This document shows positions 55,945 through 64,000 of a stretch of DNA of 64,000 bases, in pieces (the stretch's first letter is position 1; each line of letters begins with the position of its first letter). The stretch covers positions 1-64,000 of the IMG/VR virus record IMGVR_UViG_3300009146_000001; one strand, written 5' to 3'. This stretch comes from a virus. The translations under genes were made by a program, and so were the position numbers. Below the pieces are notes generated by a model. The model was not told the origin of the DNA, did not search any database, and worked only from the letters and a program-made list of their open reading frames with translations.

Positions 55945-56051
55945 AAAATCCGCGCTGGTTCACCATCGGCGAGAAGATCATCCACTCGCTGATGTGGATC
56001 ACCATCGCCGCCCTTATCTTCGTCGCTATCAAAGTTGTTTTTAATCTGTAA
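55941..56051 (+). CDS. Single-TM peptide (36 aa), not in the ORF track
   Basis: ATGA-coupled; MKNPRWF...WITIAALIFVAIKVVFNL. Confidence 0.45.
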   Translation: MKNPRWFTIGEKIIHSLMWITIAALIFVAIKVVFNL

Positions 56052-56053
56052 CC

Positions 56054-56377
56054 ATGCAACGACCAACAATCCAAGCTGAGGGTGTGGTGTATATGGCACC
56101 GCAACTCAGGGACTTTCCCGGTCAGGAACCCTACGTCGAATTCGTTCTGGAGCTGGAGCCACGGACCAACAGCTTGGGCAGGGAATACCGTGAGCGAGTC
56201 TACGTCCGCCTCTTCGGGATACGCGGGATGAATGCGCTCGTCGAGATCAAGCTGGGCAACTACGTCAGCGTCGCCGGGGAAGCGGACAAGAAGATGTTCA
56301 CCGCACCGGACGGCCGCAACTTCGCCAACCTCGTCGTCATCACCAACGGCTACAAGGTTCTCTTCCGCCCGACATGA
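56054..56377 (+). CDS. OB-fold SSB-like protein without acidic tail
   Basis: PQLR...VRLFG...LGNYVSVAGE...DGR pattern of the bacterial SSB core. Confidence 0.65.
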   Translation: MQRPTIQAEGVVYMAPQLRDFPGQEPYVEFVLELEPRTNSLGREYRERVYVRLFGIRGMNALVEIKLGNYVSVAGEADKKMFTAPDGRNFANLVVITNGYKVLFRPT

Positions 56378-57753
56378 CAACCCCACATCCCGCCTACGCC
56401 CGGCTCGAAACCCTGCGGCCCAAGCTTCTGCCTTGGCAGCCGGAGGCGTGCGAGAAACTGATCGGGTCCATCCTCCGCCATGGCTCTGCCCTCGATAGCT
56501 CCGACACCGGGGTGGGCAAGACCGCGCACGCGATTGCCTGCGGCTACGCCCTCGGCATGCCGTTGGCCATCGTCTGCTCGAAGTGGGCCAAGCCGCAGTG
56601 GAAGTACATGGCATGGATGCTCGGCAATACGAACATCGCCGGGGTCCATCACTGGGAGGAGGTGCGGCTGGGCAAGACGCCCTTCGGCAACTGGGTCAAC
56701 CCGGATGCCAAGGAGAACTTCCAGTGGAAGCTGCCGCCCCATTCCCTCGTGGTCTTCGACGAGGTTCACAAGGCCGGGGGATTCAAGACGCAGAACTCGT
56801 GGATCATGATATCGGCCAAGCGCAACGGCCACTCCGTCCTCGGGCTGTCCGCCACGGTAGCGGATACGCCGCTAAGGATGTTCGCCCTGAGCTACGTGCT
56901 CGGGCTTGTACCAACGACTCGTGCCTACTGGCCGTGGCTCATGTGCAACGGGTGCCAGCGCAACCAGTGGAACGGGATGGAGTTCAGGGATCCATCGGGG
57001 CGGCACACGGCACGGATCCACGACATGATCTTCAAGGCGGGCAGAGGGGTGCGGGTGAAGAAGGATGAGATCCCCGGTTTCCCGGACATCCTCATCGACG
57101 TCGAGACGATGGACTGCTCCGACGCCACGGAGGAAATCGCCAAGGCGTACAAGGAAATCGAGGAAGCCTTGGGTGAGTACACGGCCAAGATCATCTCCGC
57201 CACGAGTGCGGCCGAGATCGTGATCCGGATGCGCCAGAAGATCGAGCTGCTCAAGATCCCGGCCACGGTCAGCATGGTCGAGGACATCGAGGATGACGGA
57301 GGTGCGGCCGTCATCTTCGTCAACTACCGGGAGACGGCGATCAAGCTATGGTCGGCACTCAACTTCAGCTCGAAGGGCGAGGTTGGTCTCATGATCGGAG
57401 GGATGAAGGAGTCGGATATCCAGAAGCACATCCAAGCCTTTCAGGATCAGGCGACCCACCGGCTCGTCGCCACCTACGGGTGCGGCTCGGAGTCCATCAA
57501 CCTTCAAGACCTGACCGGGCAACGGCCGCGCACGGAGTTACTCTTCCCGACGCACTCGTCGCGCCAGATCAGGCAGGCGCAAGGGAGGATCCACCGGGCT
57601 GGCGGCAAGAGCTTGGCCAACGTGCGCTTCGTCTTCGCGGCCGACACCATCGAGGAACACCTGATGCGGACGATCCGGGACAAACTCCTGCGCCTCGACA
57701 CGCTTCAGGACGGCGTCGCTTTGCCGATGCCCCTTCCTCCGGAGATAGAGTAG
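56374..57753 (+). CDS. Superfamily 2 (SNF2-like) helicase
   Basis: DTGVGKT, VFDEVH, LSAT, ESINLQ, QAQGRIHR. Confidence 0.9.
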   Translation: MTTPHPAYARLETLRPKLLPWQPEACEKLIGSILRHGSALDSSDTGVGKTAHAIACGYALGMPLAIVCSKWAKPQWKYMAWMLGNTNIAGVHHWEEVRLGKTPFGNWVNPDAKENFQWKLPPHSLVVFDEVHKAGGFKTQNSWIMISAKRNGHSVLGLSATVADTPLRMFALSYVLGLVPTTRAYWPWLMCNGCQRNQWNGMEFRDPSGRHTARIHDMIFKAGRGVRVKKDEIPGFPDILIDVETMDCSDATEEIAKAYKEIEEALGEYTAKIISATSAAEIVIRMRQKIELLKIPATVSMVEDIEDDGGAAVIFVNYRETAIKLWSALNFSSKGEVGLMIGGMKESDIQKHIQAFQDQATHRLVATYGCGSESINLQDLTGQRPRTELLFPTHSSRQIRQAQGRIHRAGGKSLANVRFVFAADTIEEHLMRTIRDKLLRLDTLQDGVALPMPLPPEIE

Positions 57754-57761
57754 AATGATTT

Positions 57762-58002
57762 ACCGGCATGCTCGCTGCCCCACTGCCGCCGGTCTCCCGT
57801 GTGTTGCTTCACGGGCGGGGATCAGGTGCGACTTCGGCATGGACCTGAGCATTGCAACAGGGGAGGGGCCTGCCCTTGGTTTAATAGGGCCAAGGGATCC
57901 ATCCCTCAGCCTCGGTTGAAGGGGCGGCAACCGGGGTAACGCTCCCCGCCAATGCCGAAGACCGCCCCACTTTTCCTCACCATAAATTCAGTGAAGTGCT
58001 CA
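57762..58002 (+). ncRNA. Candidate structured ncRNA with two pseudoknots
   Basis: Several mutually compatible helices; G-U pairs favour the + strand (see findings). Confidence 0.45.
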
Positions 58003-58082
58003 TTGACTCTTGACATATATTCCCCTAGTTAAGGGGCATATGATCAAGTGGCTAGATGAACAACGTAGGATCCTCGCGGAAC

Positions 58083-61000
58083 CTATGCGAAAGCCGCCGG
58101 GCGCATCTTCCGTCCCCGTGATCGGCCCACCGCATAACGTAAGAGTCCACGGTCGGAAGCGGAACGGCGTCGTCCGGCCCCTCGTCTTCCGAGCAAGGAG
58201 CGACGTGACGCTTGGCGGCCACCTTGAAGCTTTGGAACTGCGACAGCGGGTGCACGACGCAGTGCTCGAACGGCTGGCAGCTTAGCGGATTTTCCGCTAG
58301 CGGATGACGACTTGGCGAGGCGGATCCCACCTCCGCCTCCGCCACCCCCGCCTCCACCCCAGCTTGCGGCACGGCCACTGCCTCCGCCCTTGGAGAGGGC
58401 TTTAATCGCCGCCTCCCGGTGCTGTACCGCCGTAAATTGCTTCGGCGTCAGCCGCTTCAGCGTGTCCTCCTTCTCATCCTCCTCGGGCACGTTGTCATAC
58501 ATTCGCCAGACGGATCGGGAGGCCACCGCTTGGTTGACCCGCTTCGCCGCCGCCGACTGGTCGATCCCCTTCTTGTGCATGAGCTGGCGGATCCCCTCGG
58601 CCTTCTCCTCCTCCGACTTGCGCTTGGCCTCGGGGTCGCCGGTCCGCTCGTACTCAATCCCCCACTTGATCGCCCGCTCCACGTTGTCGGAAGCCGGGTT
58701 CTGGGACACCTGACCGAAGGGGCGATGCGCAATCTTGGTACCGTAGTCGATGCCGGGGATGGCTTCGACGAGCGTGCCGACTATGCCCGGAGGCGCGGAC
58801 ATGGCGCGGATCGAGGCGGCTGCCTCCCGGTACTCACGGTGCGCCGGGTCGTTCAGGTTCCAGAGGACACCAACGATGGGCAGACGACGGGCAAGGAACT
58901 TCCCCGTCTGCGTCATGATGACATCCTTGGTCGCCTTGATATCGGTGAAGTCCGCTCCACCAATGATCGCCTTGAAGGCATAGACGGCATCGGCCAAGAA
59001 GCCCAGCACGGGCGAGAAGGCACCAATCTCCAGCGTGCCTTCGCCGAACCCGGCGAAGAGGTCATCGTAGAATTGCCCGAGCGGGATCGAGGCGAGTAGC
59101 GCACCCGTGAAGACGATCAGCCCGGTGCGAAGGTCCGGGTTCCGAATGAAGTTCTCGACGGTCCACCCCGGAGTGCGCAACCCCAAGGCCCCCAAGCCCC
59201 ACGAAACCCCGAGCGTACCGATGGCTCCGCTGCCGAGCAGCAGGAAGAGGAGGCCAAGGATGTTCGCAATCTCCCTCGGGTAGCGGTAGTACCACGGCAT
59301 CTTGTGCCGGGGCATCTTGAAGATTTCCCCGGTGACGATGCTGTAGAAGTTCGCACTGTTCCACACCTTGAGGGCGGCGAACGACCGGGCCACCTTGCCC
59401 TTCCATCCCTTGATGAACGCCACGGGTGGACGTTCCCGCAGGGTCTGGACCTGACTCTCGGTCAGGTAGTTGTTCATCCATGCGGTAATCGCAGGTTTCG
59501 GCAGCTCGGTCTGGACCGCCTCCTCCATCGACTTGCCCGTGGCGATGGTCTGGTTGTAGAGGTTGATCATCACCGACTCCAAGGATCCACCGCCGGTCAG
59601 CCAGCGCCGGGCCATCCGGACATTCGCCCGGTTCATCCCGAGTTCCTTCTCGGTGAATGGGTAGAGCGGGTCCAAGGGATCGTCGGTCCACACCCCCTTC
59701 TTCTTCCGCTGGTCGAGTGCGCGCAACGCCTTCTGCTTGAGCCTGCGCAGATCGGCGACGGCCGTGTCCGCGAAGGTCATGTTGTTGATGTCCTCGGCGA
59801 TGGTCCGGCTTTCCCTCGTGGCCCAGATTACAGCCTTGCCGAACGGCACGCGGGTGATCGCCGTGCTGATCCAGCGTTCGACGCCCTTGAAGAATCCGGA
59901 CTGGCCGCGCTCGTACTCCAAGGCCCCGGTCACAGCCCATATGTTTCCCGAGGTCTTCTGGAGAAGGCGCTCATCGTAGAGCGTCATCCCACGGATGATG
60001 CCCCGGTCGCTCATCTCGACGATTGCACTGACCGACTTGTGGTAGGCCGGGGCAAGGATCGGGATGTGCCGGAGCATGGCGCGCAGCCACTTCGTCCTCC
60101 CAGCGCGGGTGTTGCTCAGATGGTAGACCGTGATCTTGGCGGCGTTCTTCATCCACCGCGCCACCGCCTTGGCCGTGCACAGCGGGAAGATGACGTGGCT
60201 CCAGAGAAGCTTCTGCTGGCGGTAGATGCCCGTGGTCAGGGTGAGTACCGTGTCCTTAATTACGGACAGGCTATTCCACAGGCCGGAAACCAAGGGTGCC
60301 ACGCCAAGCATGGAACCCCAGCGAAACGTATCGTGGATGTGCTGCTCTGGATCGAGTGAAGCCTTGGCAAATTCCTCCATCAACGCGACCGACTGGTGCA
60401 TGATCTTGTGAATCCGCTCCAGCTCTTCGAGATTGAGTGCCGTCTCCTCCTGAAACTTCTTCTGCACGAGTGTGTCGGCCTTCCCACCCGGAGTACCGAC
60501 CGCCTTGTTCGCCTCGGAAATCTGGGCGACGACCACCGCGTCGATCACCGACATCGCCTTGGCGAGGTTCGTCGAGTGATGATTCAGGACAACACCGTGC
60601 AGGGTGTTCATCGCCTGATGCGATGTGAGTCCGTACTCGTAGAAGCCCGACGGGGCTTCCATATCTCCACGCGGGGTAATGAAGCTGCTCTTGGTATCCG
60701 TCGATGTGCTGGACTTGGACTGCCGCTGCATGTCGAAGTCGTCCATCTTCTCCTGCGCCAAGAGGAGCTTGTCCGCGTACTCGTTCTCGATCTCCTGCCG
60801 GATCTCGGCCGGTGTCCCCGTGGCCTTGCCCGATGCGACGACGCGGGCGGTCAGGTCGTCGATGATCTCGTTGAACGAGGTCACCGTCTTCTTGCCCTTC
60901 TTCAGATCCCTCCTGAGTTCATTGTAGTAATCCTCCATCCCGAACCCGGCGTTGGCCCCCATGAGTTGTGAGTTCACCCGAGCGCGGTATCTCGGGTTCG

Positions 61001-64000
61001 AGGTCATGATGAATGAGTGGACCAGATGCTGGAAGGTCAGTGGCTTCGTCGCCTCATCGGTATGGCGGAGGACATTGTTGATATAGTCCGCACGGAACCC
61101 GGTCGGATCCGCAACCATCGTGCGCTTGTTCTTGTCGTCGCGCCTCTGCTGCTGCCCCTGCCTCGCCTTGCGGAAGTCTTCGAGGAGCATGCCCAGACGC
61201 TCCGGAACCACGAGGGACCGGGACATGATCATCGGCCCGCCACCAAAGGCCAGACGCTTGCGCTCCTTGTATGCCTCGGCCTTGCCCGGTGCCATCTCGT
61301 GCACCTCCAAGAGGTCGGCCGTCTCCGTCGTCAATTCCCCGGTCTGGCCGGAGACCTGCTTGCCAATCCCGCGCTCGTAAGCGGCCTGCGCATGGGCGGC
61401 GGCGATATCGGCGGGACTCACCGTGATCCAGCCCGTCGGGGAGATGTGCCGACCCGCGTCGTACAGCCTGTCCCCCGCCACAACCGGGTCATCGTATGCC
61501 TCCTGATACGAATCGAGGATTACCTCGGTGACGAGCCAGCGGTACGCATCCCGGTCTGCCTGCATCCTCGCCTGCGGATTGCGCATGTTCCGGATCAGGT
61601 CACCCCAGATCTCGGGCTCGACGTGCAGCTTATGGCCCTCCATCGCCTTGAATATCTTCTCGAAGACAATCCCCTGCTTGCGCTTGAGGCCCTGCTCGTG
61701 GATCCCCCAGTTGACGTAGGCCACCATCGCCTTGCTGTAGACGTGCCTGCCAAACCCCTTGATGGAATCCTCAACATCCTTGAGGACCGGGTTGAGAATT
61801 TCCCGGATGAAGTCGAGATTGATAAGCCCCTTGGCCCCCTGCCAGAAGAGACCCGCCTCGTCGATGGTGTGATTCGAGATCGCGTTCTGCGGATCGAGGA
61901 ACACGGAGAGTTCCCGGATCACCTGCTCGTAACTCTGGAGAACGACCGGGTCGGCCGTGTTGTAGTTGGCCGTGATCCAGTTGGTAATGTCCGTGATCGC
62001 CTGAATGATATCCACCCGAGCCTTCTCGGTCGGGAACTTCATCACGGAGATCGAGAAGTTGCGCACCTCCCGGTCCTCAATCGTCTGGCCAGTCGCCGGA
62101 TCCTTCCGCTCCATGAGGGGCATGACCAACGTGACGCTGCCGAAGGGTTCACCCTTGTGGGGTTCCTTCATCCGGATGATGTCGTTGGCCCGGCGGTGGA
62201 TGAGGGCGACCGCCTGATTGACCGCTGCCCGGTAGTCCTTCGAGGCGGCGACGGACTCCATCATCTTGATCGCATCGTCGGTGGCTTCCCTCCTCAGGGC
62301 CGCTACCTCGGACGCCTTACTCAACCGGCGCAACCGCTCCAGCTTCTTGCCGGAATTGGTGGCCACCATCCGGAAGTTATTGAGCGCCCGGCGCACCGAG
62401 AACTTGTCCGGGTTCTTCTTCGACAGTGGATCAAGGACCGTGGCCAACGCCTGCATCTCCGCCTTGTCCACGGCGAAGTTGGAGGCCAGTTCCTGAAGAT
62501 CGAGGATGATCGAGTACCCCGGACTCCATGCCTGAAGCGGAGGCAGCCCACCCGCCAGTGATGTCGTCGCCATCGCCACGGCCGCCGACTTCGTGAGGCC
62601 CGTCTTGGTGATGACGTCCGCCAAGATCCCGGTCTTGGAGATGTGATCAAAGAAGTCGTGCGTCGTTGGGATAAGCCCGTTGAAGGCTGCCTGAATACTG
62701 GCTGGGTCCAGCCTTGGATCCGCTGCCAGAGCGTTGAACAACGCCTTGAGGTCGGAGAGGGATTGGGCCTGTCCCAAGAGACTCGCTGCCCCTTCCAGTG
62801 CCCGCTTGTCCTCGGCCATCCCGGTTGAATCCCAGTCGATGGGATCGAATGCGGTGCTCGCCACCTTCGTACCCGTCCGGGCCTTGAGCCGAACGAGGTC
62901 GACGAGGGAATCGCGGATGCCGTCGATGCGGTTGGACACGCGCTGCCGGTACTGATCCTCGGTCGCTCCCTTGAGGAAGGTCTGCAACTCGCTGAGGGCG
63001 TCGGCCTCCGCTTGGGTGAGATTCTCTAACGAGGTCTTGGCCCCATTGAGGTCGGCCATGAGCCGCTCGTGCGCGGCCGTGACACCGGCGGAGGCGTGAA
63101 TGATCTCGGCAATCTCATCATCGGATAGCTCCGTCGCCTTGACCGTCCCGGCGAGGACGCGCTCCCAAGCCGAGAGCTTGGTCCCGGTCGGGGGTGGCGT
63201 TGCCGTCGCGATGTTCCTCGCCTCGGCAAGGCTGCGCAGGGTGTGGCCCGTACCCAATCCCGCCAAGGTCATGCGGGCTCTCCTCCGGTCCTTGGCCATC
63301 GCCCGGCGGGTAGCCAGTGGTGTGCCCTTGGGTGGCGGCGCGGCCGTGGCCCGTGCCTCAAGGTCGTTGATCATGGTCGTCACCGCCGGGTCGACCATCA
63401 ATCCCTGCGCCCGCGTATGCTCCTCCAAGATCCGCTGGCCGAGCGGACCGACGTTCGAGGACGCCTTGAACTTGTCGTACTGATCCTTGTTGAAGACCGT
63501 GGACTGGAGCCGCTGTGCCGCCTCCTGTGCCGCCGCCGACACCTCGGTCTTCCCGGCCGTGAGGACGCTGGGCTTGCCCTCCTTCACCTCGTCGACGAAT
63601 CCGGGTGCCGCCACCTTGGTGGCATCGCTTGCCCGGCGCTGGGTCTCCGTCCACTCCAAGAGGTTGTCGACCTGATCCCGCAGCCTGACGATGGCCTCGG
63701 GCATGAAGTGCTCGGTGACCCCCGTCTTCGGATCGGTGTACTTGTCCGCGAATGCCCGGTGCAGCCATGACTGGAACCGGCGGAAGAAGGTGATGAGGTT
63801 CTCCTTGATCGTCCCGATGAAGGTGACTTCCTCGGTGAGCCCGACGCCGCCGCCGACCGGCCGCTTCGACGCCATCCGCAGGAGTTCCATCATCCATGCG
63901 GCCGGGGTGACCAGTCCGGGGTACGCCTCTTCCATCCCCTTCTCCAAGGCGGAGAGCTTGTCCGCCGGGATAAGTGTGCGGAGTTCCCGGAGGTGACGGC
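58083..64000 (-). CDS. Giant (>1950 aa) protein, probably an internal virion/ejection protein; N-terminus beyond the window
   Basis: Frame is open to the window edge; mostly helical; hydrophobic segments near the C-terminus; G/R-rich tail. Confidence 0.65.
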   Translation of the reverse strand, partial: RHLRELRTLIPADKLSALEKGMEEAYPGLVTPAAWMMELLRMASKRPVGGGVGLTEEVTFIGTIKENLITFFRRFQSWLHRAFADKYTDPKTGVTEHFMPEAIVRLRDQVDNLLEWTETQRRASDATKVAAPGFVDEVKEGKPSVLTAGKTEVSAAAQEAAQRLQSTVFNKDQYDKFKASSNVGPLGQRILEEHTRAQGLMVDPAVTTMINDLEARATAAPPPKGTPLATRRAMAKDRRRARMTLAGLGTGHTLRSLAEARNIATATPPPTGTKLSAWERVLAGTVKATELSDDEIAEIIHASAGVTAAHERLMADLNGAKTSLENLTQAEADALSELQTFLKGATEDQYRQRVSNRIDGIRDSLVDLVRLKARTGTKVASTAFDPIDWDSTGMAEDKRALEGAASLLGQAQSLSDLKALFNALAADPRLDPASIQAAFNGLIPTTHDFFDHISKTGILADVITKTGLTKSAAVAMATTSLAGGLPPLQAWSPGYSIILDLQELASNFAVDKAEMQALATVLDPLSKKNPDKFSVRRALNNFRMVATNSGKKLERLRRLSKASEVAALRREATDDAIKMMESVAASKDYRAAVNQAVALIHRRANDIIRMKEPHKGEPFGSVTLVMPLMERKDPATGQTIEDREVRNFSISVMKFPTEKARVDIIQAITDITNWITANYNTADPVVLQSYEQVIRELSVFLDPQNAISNHTIDEAGLFWQGAKGLINLDFIREILNPVLKDVEDSIKGFGRHVYSKAMVAYVNWGIHEQGLKRKQGIVFEKIFKAMEGHKLHVEPEIWGDLIRNMRNPQARMQADRDAYRWLVTEVILDSYQEAYDDPVVAGDRLYDAGRHISPTGWITVSPADIAAAHAQAAYERGIGKQVSGQTGELTTETADLLEVHEMAPGKAEAYKERKRLAFGGGPMIMSRSLVVPERLGMLLEDFRKARQGQQQRRDDKNKRTMVADPTGFRADYINNVLRHTDEATKPLTFQHLVHSFIMTSNPRYRARVNSQLMGANAGFGMEDYYNELRRDLKKGKKTVTSFNEIIDDLTARVVASGKATGTPAEIRQEIENEYADKLLLAQEKMDDFDMQRQSKSSTSTDTKSSFITPRGDMEAPSGFYEYGLTSHQAMNTLHGVVLNHHSTNLAKAMSVIDAVVVAQISEANKAVGTPGGKADTLVQKKFQEETALNLEELERIHKIMHQSVALMEEFAKASLDPEQHIHDTFRWGSMLGVAPLVSGLWNSLSVIKDTVLTLTTGIYRQQKLLWSHVIFPLCTAKAVARWMKNAAKITVYHLSNTRAGRTKWLRAMLRHIPILAPAYHKSVSAIVEMSDRGIIRGMTLYDERLLQKTSGNIWAVTGALEYERGQSGFFKGVERWISTAITRVPFGKAVIWATRESRTIAEDINNMTFADTAVADLRRLKQKALRALDQRKKKGVWTDDPLDPLYPFTEKELGMNRANVRMARRWLTGGGSLESVMINLYNQTIATGKSMEEAVQTELPKPAITAWMNNYLTESQVQTLRERPPVAFIKGWKGKVARSFAALKVWNSANFYSIVTGEIFKMPRHKMPWYYRYPREIANILGLLFLLLGSGAIGTLGVSWGLGALGLRTPGWTVENFIRNPDLRTGLIVFTGALLASIPLGQFYDDLFAGFGEGTLEIGAFSPVLGFLADAVYAFKAIIGGADFTDIKATKDVIMTQTGKFLARRLPIVGVLWNLNDPAHREYREAAASIRAMSAPPGIVGTLVEAIPGIDYGTKIAHRPFGQVSQNPASDNVERAIKWGIEYERTGDPEAKRKSEEEKAEGIRQLMHKKGIDQSAAAKRVNQAVASRSVWRMYDNVPEEDEKEDTLKRLTPKQFTAVQHREAAIKALSKGGGSGRAASWGGGGGGGGGGGIRLAKSSSASGKSAKLPAVRALRRAPAVAVPKLQGGRQASRRSLLGRRGAGRRRSASDRGLLRYAVGRSRGRKMRPAAFA

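Larger units (their letters stand above)
38159..58300. repeat. Dispersed 19-bp palindrome box B (CTARCGG-W5-CCGCTAG): 12 copies plus 1 degenerate
   Basis: Starts at 38159, 44187, 44851, 45290, 46227, 47237, 48462, 49158, 49901, 51012, 54311 and 58282; degenerate copy at 45689. Confidence 0.92.

Noticed and set aside
57762-57845. HDV-like ribozyme (CCGGCATG start resembles HDV)
   Set aside because: P3 and P2 pairings could not be built in the HDV topology
58010-58285. 91-aa + strand ORF
   Set aside because: Mostly antisense to the giant gene's 3' end, with no recognisable features
1-64000. tRNA genes, reverse transcriptase/DGR, integrase, stop-codon recoding
   Set aside because: None recognised by eye; genes are intact under the standard code and all three stop codons are used

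Overview
A 64-kb section of a GC-rich tailed-phage genome with podovirus-like gene order. The host is probably a Verrucomicrobiota bacterium, because the phage encodes two VPDSG-CTERM proteins. All product calls come from reading motifs by eye; no database searches were run. Layout: 1-22.1 kb (-) is the virion module (tailspike/fibres, Ig-domain protein, adaptor, major capsid, scaffold, portal). 23.0-24.4 kb is a terminase large subunit inverted onto the + strand. 24.4-36.3 kb (mostly -) holds DNA-metabolism genes: HNH, SWIM, Cas4-like exonuclease, beta-clamp-like, RusA-like, SSB-like and two ParB-like proteins. 36.6-43.5 kb holds accessory genes: RHH, MazG-like, two VPDSG-CTERM surface proteins, a DUF2382 lipoprotein and an Acb2/Tad1-like protein. 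A structured non-coding strand switch lies at 43.5-44.2 kb. 44.2-57.8 kb (+) is a probable early region ending in a superfamily-2 helicase, followed by a >1950-aa protein (-) cut off by the window edge. The most striking unexplained structure is in the early region. Genes there are preceded by a repeated cassette: box A (AATCTAGGGGTGRSTTRCA), a sequence-variable hairpin, a 19-bp palindrome box B (CTARCGG-W5-CCGCTAG), a (AC)TGAC leader and the ATG. Box A supplies the stop codon of two upstream genes. Box B recurs 12 times plus one degenerate copy between 38.2 and 58.3 kb, including inside coding sequence. A candidate double-pseudoknot ncRNA lies at 57.76-58.0 kb.
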